Part shown: positions 1 to 9,051 of the stretch, piece after piece
Layout: each line of letters starts with the position of its first letter
Numbering within the stretch: position 1 is the first letter of the stretch
NCBI GenBank assembly: GCA_965267575.1
Contig: OZ254086.1
Coordinates: 3,584,001 to 3,648,000, forward strand
Direction: 5' to 3'
DNA: 64,000 nt
DNA from: Calditrichales bacterium
GTDB lineage: Bacteria; Calditrichota; Calditrichia; Calditrichales; J004
Made by a program: the position numbers and the translations under genes
The notes under the pieces: model-generated
Seen by the model: the letters and a program-made list of their open reading frames with translations, nothing else
Databases searched by the model: none
Told to the model about the DNA's origin: nothing

Positions 1-2
1 GG

Positions 3-1160
3 CTTGCGCTGGGGGCAGGTGACCTGATGTGGTGGCCGGAATCGGACTTCACCCGTGAGGAGATCGCCCGGCAGTTGCGCTATTTGCCGCTGGAAACAAG
101 CTTCCGCAGCGCCTACGCCTACGATAATGTGCTATACCATGTGGCCGGGCTGGTGATTGAAAAGGTGAGCGGCATGGCGTGGGAAGATTTTATCGACAGG
201 CGCATCCTGGAACCGCTGGACATGGACGACACCAGCACCCGCCATTCCGAGGTGATTGAAGGAACAAACGTCGCCACATCGCATGCTGAGGTGGAAGGTA
301 AAGTACAACCCGTGCGGCCGTTCCTGGCGGATAACACCAATCCCGCCGGCGGCCTCAACTCCAGCGCCGCCGATATGGCCAAGTGGATGATCGTGCAGCT
401 GGATTCCGGTCGTGTGGATGAGGACAAGCGCCTGTTCAGCCGTAAAACAACCAAAGAGCTGTGGACGCCGGTGACGCCCATTCCCGTGTACGACGCGCCG
501 CCCGAATTGCCGCCGCTGCAGCATGATTTCGATAGCTACGCCCTCGGTTTCCGCGTACGCGACTACCGCGATGTGAAAATTGTGACCCATACCGGCGGCC
601 TGCCCGGCTTTGTATCGCGCCTTACATTGGTGCCGGAGATCAAGCTGGGGGTGATGGTGCTGACCAACCAGGAATCGGGTGCGGCCTTTAACGCCATCAG
701 CAACCACATTGTGGACCATTACATAGGTGCCCCGGAGTTTGACTGGCTGGAAGGTTATGCCGCCTTCATGGAGCGCGTTTCGCAACGTGTTTCTGATGTG
801 GAAGAGCGTATCGCCGCGGAGCGGGACGCCGACTCCGGTCCCTCACTGCCGCTGGAGAAATACGCCGGCAGCTACCGTGATGCCTGGTATGGCCTGATCA
901 CAATCGAACAGGAAAAGGACGGGCTGGTGTTGCGTTTTAGCCGCACGCCGCAGCTTGTGGGAGATATGGAGCACTGGCAGCATGACACGTTCATCGTGCG
1001 CTGGCGGGACCGGGAGTTGCGCGCAGACGCCTTTGTGACCTTTGCGCTGAATCCCGACGGCAGCATCGAGCAGGCCAAAATGCGCGCCGTTTCACCGGCC
1101 ACCGATTTCAGCTTCGATTTTCACCACCTGCTGCTGAAGCCGGCTTCTGCGGGGGAGTAA
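3..1160 (+). CDS. Serine hydrolase, beta-lactamase/AmpC-like family with C-terminal DUF3471-like domain; 5'-truncated by the window edge
   Basis: Frame is open from position 3. YxN-type motif (YDN) and HTGG motif. C-terminal 'PLEKYAGSYRDAWYG' segment is typical of this family. Confidence 0.85.
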   Translation, partial: LALGAGDLMWWPESDFTREEIARQLRYLPLETSFRSAYAYDNVLYHVAGLVIEKVSGMAWEDFIDRRILEPLDMDDTSTRHSEVIEGTNVATSHAEVEGKVQPVRPFLADNTNPAGGLNSSAADMAKWMIVQLDSGRVDEDKRLFSRKTTKELWTPVTPIPVYDAPPELPPLQHDFDSYALGFRVRDYRDVKIVTHTGGLPGFVSRLTLVPEIKLGVMVLTNQESGAAFNAISNHIVDHYIGAPEFDWLEGYAAFMERVSQRVSDVEERIAAERDADSGPSLPLEKYAGSYRDAWYGLITIEQEKDGLVLRFSRTPQLVGDMEHWQHDTFIVRWRDRELRADAFVTFALNPDGSIEQAKMRAVSPATDFSFDFHHLLLKPASAGE

Positions 1161-1340
1161 CCACAGAGGGCGCAGAGGTGGCTCAAAGAGGGCACAGAGC
1201 ACATATTTAAAAACCTTTTTAATATCACCCCGGCCTTGCGCCGGGGTCTCACGCCTGCAGAGGTGGTATATAGAGCAAAGCAATCCTGTTGTCATTCCTG
1301 CGAAAGCAGGAATCCATATGCGGCAGGATAATGACAGAGG
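1160..1340. repeat. Cluster of REP-like short palindromes and repeats
   Basis: CCACAGAGGGCGCAGAG...AGAGGGCACAGAG at 1161-1199. Hairpin ACCCCGG-N7-CCGGGGT at 1227-1247. GTCATTCCTGCGAAAGCAGGAATCC at 1291-1315 (dRS3/RPE-like 'IPAFAGMT' palindrome). Confidence 0.65.
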
Positions 1341-1361
1341 CAATTCGTAAAAGAGAGCGGG

Positions 1362-1943
1362 GTGAAAATGAGCACAACCAATCTTTTTGTTGAACTGATC
1401 GTGATCGGGGTGGGGGCGCTGGCCTGGTTTGTGTTGGCCGTGCTGAGCATCTTTGGCTACGAATGGCTGCTGGCGCTGCCGGCGGATAAAACGGCAGCCC
1501 TGTTCGCGGCCATCCCGCTGCTGGCTTTTACCTACCTGCTGGGCATCATCAGCGACCGCCTGGCCGACGGCCTGTTTGAAAAGCTGTGGACCGACGACCT
1601 GCGCAACGATTATTTTGACAAGCGCGCCGATTACTACAATGCCCGCCGCATTGTGCTTACCAAATCGGAGCGACTGGCCGAGCTGCTGGAGTATGGCCGC
1701 AGCCGTCTGCGTATTTGCCGGGGTTGGGCTTTTAACGCCATCCTGATTGTTTTGGCCTTGAACCTGTTCACCTGGCTGCGACTGCCCGAAGCGGCGCCAC
1801 GCCAGGCCCTGACCATTGCCGGCAGCATCATTTTCCTGCTAATAGCCTGGTCCTGCCAGTACGCCTGGAAAAAGCTCTCGCACAGCGAATACCGCAAAGT
1901 AAAAGAGCAGGCGGCGTTTATGGGCGGGGAGGGAAAGAGGTGA
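1362..1943 (+). CDS. Hypothetical integral membrane protein (about 4 TM)
   Basis: 193-aa ORF with four hydrophobic segments and host-like codon usage. Confidence 0.75.
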   Translation: MKMSTTNLFVELIVIGVGALAWFVLAVLSIFGYEWLLALPADKTAALFAAIPLLAFTYLLGIISDRLADGLFEKLWTDDLRNDYFDKRADYYNARRIVLTKSERLAELLEYGRSRLRICRGWAFNAILIVLALNLFTWLRLPEAAPRQALTIAGSIIFLLIAWSCQYAWKKLSHSEYRKVKEQAAFMGGEGKR

Positions 1944-1982
1944 CCACAGAGGCCGCGGAGTGCTTCACGGAGAGCACGGAGC
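1944..1982. repeat. Second copy of the CCACAGAG...CACGGAG extragenic repeat
   Basis: CCACAGAGGCCGCGGAG...GAGAGCACGGAG directly after a stop codon, similar to 1161-1199. Confidence 0.55.
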
Positions 1983-2113
1983 AGGAAAAAGGCTTAATGT
2001 TTGTTTTTTCCGCAACTAATAAATTTATTTTAAAAATAAAATATCATCACTAAAAGACTCACTTCAATAGTTTTTTTAGAAGCGACAATAAAACATTAAA
2101 AAGGTGTAAAATC

Positions 2114-3502
2114 GTGAATTCTTTTGAATATGAGGGCCATTGGTGGTTACCTGAAAATCCAAATCATACTGTAGGAGGAATATTAACATTTGATCCTAAA
2201 TCTGGAGCAGATTTGAAGCTCTTAGGTAGTTTTAAGGAATTACAAAACTTAAATAAAAGGATTGAACCAAATATTATACTTGGTTTATCAGAAGGCAAAA
2301 GAATTACCTTATACAACTGTATAGAGACTAGAACTCAAATTTCAATGCCCGGAACAGTACAAACTAACTATAATGCTTTATACGTTCTAGTTGGACTACA
2401 CTTTAAAGAAAAAAAATTACTCAAATTTAATAGTTATAGTGTTAGCTACAATCATTTAAACGAATGGCTTAATATTTGTGGCTTTACTGAAAAAATTCAT
2501 TTTAATGAGGATAATACTTTTAAAGGTCAAGAACTATCTTTTTTTTGGCCTGAATCTGATAATTATAGATTAAACAATTTTGATATTTCAACTGACTTTC
2601 GGTACGATATAAAAACTAAAGGTGTTAAGAAGTATATATTGGATCAAACATGTTCTATAAAATTTGAATTCAAAAAAAGAATATCTATAGACGCATTTAG
2701 TAAAATAGAATACCATTTTCAAAATTTTTTAAGTTTGGCCATGTTAAATGCTAGTTACCCACTTAAAGTAATTGCCAAAGCAAATGATTTATTTATTACA
2801 GATAAAAACCAGAAAAAACGTTTCTTTGAGATTTTTATCTACCATGCAATCAATTCAGAAATATCTAAACATAAATATGATAATAAAGAAATCTTATTTA
2901 GTTACAGCGATATAAAGGAGAATTTTCAAGTAATGTTAGAAAACTGGTTTAATAAGAAAGAACTCTTAAGCCCAGTTTTTAATCTTTATTTTGCAAATCT
3001 ATACAATCCGAAATCATACTTGAATACAAAATTTTTAAACTTCGTTTATGCATTAGAGACGTATCATAGAAGAAAATATGGTGGTTCTTATGTTAGTGAA
3101 GAAGAATATACATCGGTGTATGAATCTTTAGAAAAAGCCATTCCCACAAAATTAAGAAAAGATTTTCGTGAGAGTATTAGAAATAGACTAAAATACTTAA
3201 ACGAGTTTTCATTAAAAAAAAGGCTAAAACTTTTAATCAAAGAAAATAGCAAGAATCTTAGTTTTTTAAAAAATAATGAAAAGTTCATACAAGACGTTGT
3301 AAACACTAGAAATTATCTTACACATTATGATACAAAGTTGGAAAAAAAGGCAATAAAAGATACAGATTTATTTTTTCTTAACTATAAGATAAAGCTGTTA
3401 ATCGAGGTATTGTTTTTAACAGAATTGGAAATTGGAGATAGAACAAATGAATTTTTGTTGAAGAACCAAACTTTTTCATTTATGTCAAAGAATTATTTTT
3501 AA
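2114..3502 (+). CDS. ApeA-like protein (ApeA N-terminal domain + HEPN RNase), putative anti-phage nuclease
   Basis: N-terminus 'FEYEGHWWLPE...GILTFDP' is typical of ApeA_NTD1. C-terminal HEPN Rx4H motif RNYLTH preceded by ALETYHR. Strongly AT-rich. Confidence 0.75.
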   Translation: MNSFEYEGHWWLPENPNHTVGGILTFDPKSGADLKLLGSFKELQNLNKRIEPNIILGLSEGKRITLYNCIETRTQISMPGTVQTNYNALYVLVGLHFKEKKLLKFNSYSVSYNHLNEWLNICGFTEKIHFNEDNTFKGQELSFFWPESDNYRLNNFDISTDFRYDIKTKGVKKYILDQTCSIKFEFKKRISIDAFSKIEYHFQNFLSLAMLNASYPLKVIAKANDLFITDKNQKKRFFEIFIYHAINSEISKHKYDNKEILFSYSDIKENFQVMLENWFNKKELLSPVFNLYFANLYNPKSYLNTKFLNFVYALETYHRRKYGGSYVSEEEYTSVYESLEKAIPTKLRKDFRESIRNRLKYLNEFSLKKRLKLLIKENSKNLSFLKNNEKFIQDVVNTRNYLTHYDTKLEKKAIKDTDLFFLNYKIKLLIEVLFLTELEIGDRTNEFLLKNQTFSFMSKNYF

Positions 3503-3731
3503 AATAGCTTCAAGCACGCTATTGTTTGGAAATCTATAGCATGAGCGTGAAGTCGGTAAAACTCAATTGCACTCTGCTTTCTTGCGATACAGATTTATTT
3601 TGTTTTTCTTTAAACGGTTTAACTATATTACGAAAGTTCAGAATCATACTATTGCAAGCTTATAGCATTATTAGCATTTATGGTCCACAAAGTACCTTTC
3701 AAAGAAATTTAATTCTAAATTTGGAGGATAA

Positions 3732-4259
3732 ATGAGAACTATTACCGCACTAATAGTAGTAACGCTTTCGACTTCGTTGTTTGCCCAGCAAGAACTTACG
3801 ACACCTAAATCTGCCTATGAAAAGTTTTTATCTGACCAAGGCACAATGATCACGAAAGACTTTTCGGAGCTACCATCCCTGCGATCTTCTTATAAAAACT
3901 TAACCATTAAGATGATTAAGCTAACGTCTAATAGGGGAATAAAATATTTCTTAAGTATTTCCGGTGAGTCGAAGTACTCAGACAAAACCGCAACTATTGT
4001 AAAGGAAGACTTAGTTGAAGTCAATAAAGCACTCACAAATATTATCCTAAAATCTAAAAACGAAAGTACTCAAAACTTAGAATACCGTGAACACTATTTT
4101 GTAACTAACGACGGATTTAAAATCGGCTATTATCAAAAGGGTAGAGAACAAACTATTTTCATAGATTTAGATGACTATCAATCTGATGACACATATTTTT
4201 TTGATAGTTTTCAACCATTAGTTTCAACAATTAATACGGCGCTTGATAAAATGAAATAG
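3732..4259 (+). CDS. Hypothetical secreted protein
   Basis: GGAGG RBS, N-terminal signal peptide (…SLFA/QQ), 175 aa, AT-rich. Confidence 0.75.
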   Translation: MRTITALIVVTLSTSLFAQQELTTPKSAYEKFLSDQGTMITKDFSELPSLRSSYKNLTIKMIKLTSNRGIKYFLSISGESKYSDKTATIVKEDLVEVNKALTNIILKSKNESTQNLEYREHYFVTNDGFKIGYYQKGREQTIFIDLDDYQSDDTYFFDSFQPLVSTINTALDKMK

Positions 4260-4350
4260 ATGGCGCTAGTTAATTTCGCAAATTCTGTAGGTTGTTATTC
4301 TTCTAAACAAAAATGTAATCTGTGTCAAATGACTACGGAAGGGTTATTAA

Positions 4351-4572
4351 ATGGAAACGAAAAAATGTCCTTATTGCGCGGAAGAAATAAACGTTGAAGC
4401 CAAAAAATGTAAGCATTGTGGCGAATTTTTAGACTCCGATATCCGCGAAAAACTCGGAAAAGAAACTAGCGATAAGCAAAGGGTCGTAGTTGAGCAAAAG
4501 CGGGGTGGATTAGTAACCTTTCTTATAATATTAGCAATAATAGCGCTTATGCTCATGATTTTTGGAGTATAA
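4351..4572 (+). CDS. Zinc-ribbon protein with C-terminal TM helix
   Basis: CPYC-x10-CKHC followed by a hydrophobic C-terminal helix. Confidence 0.8.
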   Translation: METKKCPYCAEEINVEAKKCKHCGEFLDSDIREKLGKETSDKQRVVVEQKRGGLVTFLIILAIIALMLMIFGV

Positions 4573-5011
4573 ATTGTTAAAAGCGATATTAATATGGGTC
4601 GTTTTTGTTATTTCTTTTTTGACCAATCAATTAATAGAAGTTTATGGTTTTAAGAACCGCATCTTGTCATCTTATTTTGACGATTTATTGTTTTTTCCAA
4701 TAGTCTTTTCATTCATTCTCTTTTGCCAGAAAGTCTTATTAAAAGAAATGTCATATACTTTGCCGCCAAAATACATTTTTTGGTCTGTAATAATGCTATC
4801 ACTGATATTTGAAATCCTATTTCCTATATTAAACCGAAAATTTACGTGTGATTTCTATGACGTAATACCATACTCACTCGGTGCAATTATTTTTTATTTA
4901 CTTCTTAACAAGCCATGGCCAAATAACAGCTTTCAAGTTCTTAAATCTCCATTGAAAAAAAATATTAAGAAGTCGAACACAATGAAAAAAGACGGTCTTT
5001 TATTCCACTAG
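4562..5011 (+). CDS. Hypothetical membrane protein; start uncertain
   Basis: About four hydrophobic helices with 'SYFDDLL' and 'FEILFP..DFYDVI' motifs. Confidence 0.6.
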   Translation: MEYKLLKAILIWVVFVISFLTNQLIEVYGFKNRILSSYFDDLLFFPIVFSFILFCQKVLLKEMSYTLPPKYIFWSVIMLSLIFEILFPILNRKFTCDFYDVIPYSLGAIIFYLLLNKPWPNNSFQVLKSPLKKNIKKSNTMKKDGLLFH

Positions 5012-5453
5012 TTCTGCTGGTTTTTAGTATAAAGGCTGGTGCGCAGGACAACGCCGAAACGAAATTGTTGGCGCGGCAGTTTGTGGAAGGCTACTGGAAT
5101 GCCAATGTTGGGATCGTAGACTGTCTGATGGACGGCTAAATTACCTTTTATTCGCCGGGAGACCGCTTTAAAGGGCGTGCGTTTACGACGGCAAAAATGA
5201 AAAACCATCATATGGCTTCACAAAACCATGCCTGACTTAAAATATTCCATTGATGATTATAGTTGCGGAAAAGGGCAAAGCGGTGGTCATGGCCACGGCC
5301 CGCTTTACACACAATAACCCTGCCCCCACAAAAGAGTTTGGCGTCGCCCAACCCACAGGCAAAGAAATCGAATACGCCATTATCTTTGTCTTTCACTTTT
5401 TGGAAAGCAGGCTGCTGAAGGTCGGCTGTTTTTCGACGCTATGGCCCCTTTGA
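4982..5453 (+). pseudogene. Degraded SnoaL-like / ester cyclase gene with signal peptide
   Basis: Fragments in shifting frames: AQDNAETKLLARQFVEGYWN...DG* (stop at about 5137), then WLHKTMPDLKYSIDD, then IVAEKGKAVVMATARFTH...PTGKEIEY. Confidence 0.6.
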
Positions 5454-5514
5454 ACAACTGGCGTTCTGCCCGGCGCGGAGGAATAGTCTCAAGCGCTTTA
5501 TTCTTTTTGCTGAA

Positions 5515-5736
5515 TTAACGAGAAGACCAGTTCAACTCCAGCTTACGATTTGAAGCCACACAATCCTGGAGATATAAATTGATTAGGGTCTGGTATGGGA
5601 TGCCCGTTTCTTCTGACATCTTTTTGAAATATTCAATAACGTCAGAGCCCATCCGCAGTGTGACTTGTTTTTTTAGCCTTTTAGCATACGGATTGGGTCT
5701 CGATTTCATTTTGGAGAGATCGTATTCTTTTTCCAT
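5515..5736 (-). CDS. BrnA-family antitoxin
   Basis: 'MEKEYDLSKMKSRPNPY..KKQVTLR..VIEYFK..GIPYQTLINLYL' pattern, downstream of a BrnT-like gene. Confidence 0.85.
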   Translation of the reverse strand: MEKEYDLSKMKSRPNPYAKRLKKQVTLRMGSDVIEYFKKMSEETGIPYQTLINLYLQDCVASNRKLELNWSSR

Positions 5737-5742
5737 TTGATT

Positions 5743-6021
5743 TCACCTTTTGTGGTAATATTTTGATTCATTTTTTGTTGCCTTGCGGGCGTATATTATC
5801 CGAATAATAGATTCTTCTTTACGATACGAAAAGCAGACGATTAATAAGCGTAATTTGTAACTGTTGCCAAGCAGCAAATACCGGTCTTCCCAATCGTAGT
5901 GCTCACCGCCGTAGAATTCAATAGCACGCTCATCTAAGAAAACCGTTTGTGCTTCTTTGAAAGAAACGCCATGTTTTCGATAATTCGAAGAAGCCTTTTT
6001 CGAATCCCAATCAAATCCCAA
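5743..6021 (-). CDS. BrnT-family toxin; the upstream in-frame ATG at 6030 is followed by TAA
   Basis: 'FDWDSKKASSNYRKHGVSFKEAQTVF...EDRY...IRIIYARKATKNE' matches the BrnT pattern. Confidence 0.8.
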   Translation of the reverse strand: MGFDWDSKKASSNYRKHGVSFKEAQTVFLDERAIEFYGGEHYDWEDRYLLLGNSYKLRLLIVCFSYRKEESIIRIIYARKATKNESKYYHKR

Positions 6022-6198
6022 CTCTTACATAAGTATAATGTAAATACACTGTATTTTTATTTCAGCCTATTCGAGATCGTTTCTTTCGAAGATTCTTCAT
6101 TTGAGCGAACCTTACAAGTTAATTATCTTTGTCACGCCCCGTTTATAAGGCACATAACAGTACAAATCACTTAAAACTCCTATCATAGAATTTAAATA

Positions 6199-6675
6199 AT
6201 GGCAAAGAAGAAACAGAGAGAGCTGCCGGTGATCGGCTGGCGCGAATGGCTGGGCCTGCCCGACCTGGGCGTGAAAGCGATCAAAGTGAAGGTGGACAGC
6301 GGGGCGCGTTCGTCGTCGCTGCACGCCTTCGAGTTGAAAAAATTTAAACGTAACGAAGAGACCTGGGTGCGTTTCCAGGTCCACCCGGAGCAGCGCACCG
6401 ACAAGCCTTCTATTGAAGTGGAGGCAAAGGTGCTGGAATTCCGCTCGGTGCGCTCCTCCAGCGGCAAAGCGACCATGCGCCCGGTCATCATCACCCGCGT
6501 GGCGCTTATGGGCCAGGCGTGGCCGATTGAGTTGACCCTGGCCAGCCGCGACGAAATGGGCTTCCGTATGCTGCTGGGCCGCGAAGCGTTTCGTGGTCGT
6601 TTTCTCGTCGATGCCGGCAAATCGTATTACGGCGGCAACCCTAAGAAAAAAGAGAAAATGATAGAAAAAGAGTAA
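6199..6675 (+). CDS. RimK-associated putative protease (ATP-dependent Zn protease / retropepsin-like family)
   Basis: 'IGWREW...KVDSGARSSSLH...RDEMGFRMLLGR' signature, directly upstream of rimK. Confidence 0.9.
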   Translation: MAKKKQRELPVIGWREWLGLPDLGVKAIKVKVDSGARSSSLHAFELKKFKRNEETWVRFQVHPEQRTDKPSIEVEAKVLEFRSVRSSSGKATMRPVIITRVALMGQAWPIELTLASRDEMGFRMLLGREAFRGRFLVDAGKSYYGGNPKKKEKMIEKE

Positions 6676-6697
6676 TACTTGTTGAGGAAGGAGTTTT

Positions 6698-7945
6698 ATG
6701 AAACTGGCCATACTTTCACGCAGCCCCAATTGTTACAGCACGCGGCGTCTGCGCGAGGCCGCGGAGCAAAGGGGCCATAAAGTCAAGGTGCTTAACACGC
6801 TAAAATTTGCCATCGATCTGGCCAAGGGTGAGCCGGATCTTTATTACCGGCAAAAACGGCTGTCGCACTATGATGCCGTGCTTCCCAGGATCGGCGCGTC
6901 GGTTACCTATTTTGGCACGGCCGTCGTGCGCCAGTTCGCCCAGATGGATGTTTTCTGCGCCAACTCGTCGGCCGGTATTGCCAACTCGCGCGATAAGCTG
7001 CGTTGTCTGCAAATCCTCAGCCGCCACCACATCGGCATTCCCGAAACCACCTTTGTTCGCGATAAACGCGACGTCTTGCCGGCGATAGAGCGGGTGGGCG
7101 GCGCACCGGTGGTTATCAAACTGCTGGAAGGCACCCAGGGCATCGGCGTACTGCTGGCCGATACTGTCAAAACCGCCGAATCGATCATCGAACTGTTGCA
7201 AAGCCAGAAGCAAAACGTGCTGATCCAGAAATTTGTCGCCGAAAGCAAGGGCCGTGACATCCGCGCTTTTGTAGTGGGCGATCGCGTGGTGGGCGCGATG
7301 CGTCGTATGGCCCAGGGCCAGGAATTTCGCAGCAACGTGCATCGCGGCGGCATCACCGAAGCCGTAGAACTCAATGAGGAATATGAAGAAACGGCTGTCC
7401 GTGCGGCACAGATCATGGGACTGCGCATCGCCGGTGTCGATCTGCTGGAAGGCAAGGAAGGGCCGCAGGTTATGGAGATCAATTCATCGCCGGGGTTGGA
7501 GGGAATCGAGGGCTGCACGCAGCTTGATATAGCCGGAGCCATTATTGACTATATCGCCGCCCATGTCGATTTTCCTGATATCGATCTGCGCCAGCGCCTG
7601 ACGGTAAGCAGCGGTTACGGCGTTACGGAAATCCAGATTCATGAAGGATCCACCTATATCGGCAAAACCATTGCCGAGTCCGGATTGCGCGAACACGACA
7701 TAAATGTGCTGACCCTTTACCGCGGAACGCATGTTATCCCCAACCCGCGCCCATACCGCAAACTGGAAGATGGCGACCGGCTGCTTTGTTTCGGCAAGCT
7801 GGAGCTTATGCGGGATTTGATTCCCACAAAGACACGGCGCAAACGTCGGCCAAAAATAAAAGAATTGCCCGATTTGCCCGGAACAAAAGAAATATACCGT
7901 GCCCCTGAAGCAGTTAGCGGGGAGAAAGCACCTGAGGAAGATTAA
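6698..7945 (+). CDS. rimK: RimK-family alpha-L-glutamate ligase with C-terminal TrkA-C (RCK_C) domain
   Basis: 'YSTRRLREAA', 'KLLEGTQGIGV', 'FRSNVHRGG', 'EINSSPGLEGIE'. Extension 'YIGKTIAESGLREHDINVLTLYRG...LEDGDRLL' is TrkA-C-like. Confidence 0.9.
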   Translation: MKLAILSRSPNCYSTRRLREAAEQRGHKVKVLNTLKFAIDLAKGEPDLYYRQKRLSHYDAVLPRIGASVTYFGTAVVRQFAQMDVFCANSSAGIANSRDKLRCLQILSRHHIGIPETTFVRDKRDVLPAIERVGGAPVVIKLLEGTQGIGVLLADTVKTAESIIELLQSQKQNVLIQKFVAESKGRDIRAFVVGDRVVGAMRRMAQGQEFRSNVHRGGITEAVELNEEYEETAVRAAQIMGLRIAGVDLLEGKEGPQVMEINSSPGLEGIEGCTQLDIAGAIIDYIAAHVDFPDIDLRQRLTVSSGYGVTEIQIHEGSTYIGKTIAESGLREHDINVLTLYRGTHVIPNPRPYRKLEDGDRLLCFGKLELMRDLIPTKTRRKRRPKIKELPDLPGTKEIYRAPEAVSGEKAPEED

Positions 7946-7950
7946 AAAAC

Positions 7951-9033
7951 ATGGTAAGACGCCTGAAAAGAAAGCCGATCGGTGAATGGTTCGGCGAGGA
8001 GATTGCCCCCGGGGAATCGCGCAATGTACACCTGCCGGTAAGCGAAAGTTACAGCGGCATGACCGTGCGCATACCGCTTCATATCCGCCGCGCTGCCGAA
8101 CCCGGCCCCGTGGTATTTGTAACTGCGGCATTGCATGGTGACGAAATAAACGGCACGGGCGCTATCCGCCATCTTATTCACGATCCTGAACTTGTACTAA
8201 AACGGGGCGCGCTGGTCCTTGTGCCGGTTTTGAATATTCTGGCGTTTGAACGTCATGACCGCTACCTGCCGGACCGGCGTGATCTTAACCGCTCGTTCCC
8301 CGGCGCGGCGACGGGCAGCCTTGCTGCGCGCATGGCCCGCCTTATTTTTGATGAGATTGTTTCACGCTGCGATTATGGGATTGACCTGCACACGGCCGCT
8401 GTTCGACGCACCAACTATCCCAACGTGCGCGGTGATCTCAAAAACGCCCACGTTCGCAAGCTGTGCGAAGCTTTTGGCGCCGAACTGATCATGGATGGCA
8501 AGGGTCCGGCCCATGCGCTGAGACGTGAGGCCTGCAAGGCCGGCTGCCCGACGATCATCATGGAGGGCGGGGAAGTGTGGAAGGTGGAGCCGGGCGTGTT
8601 GGCTTATGCCGTACGCGGCGTTAAGAACGTGCTTCGCGCCCTGGAGATGTTGGATACACCGCCGGAAGAACCGCCTTATAAGATCGTCATCGAGAAATCG
8701 AAATGGATTCGCGCCGACCGTGGCGGCTTTATGCAATTTCACATCCGTCCCGGGGATTTGGTTGAAAAAGGGCAGGCCCTGGCCACAAACACAACATTGC
8801 TGGGCGACGCCCAGAACACAATTTACGCGCCGTTTGATGGCGTTGTGATCGGTATGACCAGCCTACCGGCTACGGGACCCGGGGAGGCGCTGTGCCACCT
8901 GGGCAAACTGCCGGACGGCTATGATCCCGGGGATTTGCGCCGCAGAAGGTTCGAAGCCGAAGGGTTGGGCCAGCAGGTTTCCAATGAACTGGGAACAAGT
9001 ATGCTTCTTTTTGACCATGACAATGATAAGTAA
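7951..9033 (+). CDS. Succinylglutamate desuccinylase/aspartoacylase (M14-like) family protein
   Basis: 'HGDEING', 'RDLNRSFPG', 'IDLHT' Zn-carboxypeptidase motifs. Confidence 0.9.
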   Translation: MVRRLKRKPIGEWFGEEIAPGESRNVHLPVSESYSGMTVRIPLHIRRAAEPGPVVFVTAALHGDEINGTGAIRHLIHDPELVLKRGALVLVPVLNILAFERHDRYLPDRRDLNRSFPGAATGSLAARMARLIFDEIVSRCDYGIDLHTAAVRRTNYPNVRGDLKNAHVRKLCEAFGAELIMDGKGPAHALRREACKAGCPTIIMEGGEVWKVEPGVLAYAVRGVKNVLRALEMLDTPPEEPPYKIVIEKSKWIRADRGGFMQFHIRPGDLVEKGQALATNTTLLGDAQNTIYAPFDGVVIGMTSLPATGPGEALCHLGKLPDGYDPGDLRRRRFEAEGLGQQVSNELGTSMLLFDHDNDK

Positions 9034-9051
9034 AGCCAACCAGGGGGCGGT

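Noticed and set aside
1092..1343. 83-aa minus-strand ORF containing WIPAFAGMT
   Set aside because: This is the translation of an extragenic palindrome, not a gene.
3526..3735. 69-aa ORF in the AT-rich islet
   Set aside because: TTG start, no RBS or motif; more likely the promoter region of the next gene.
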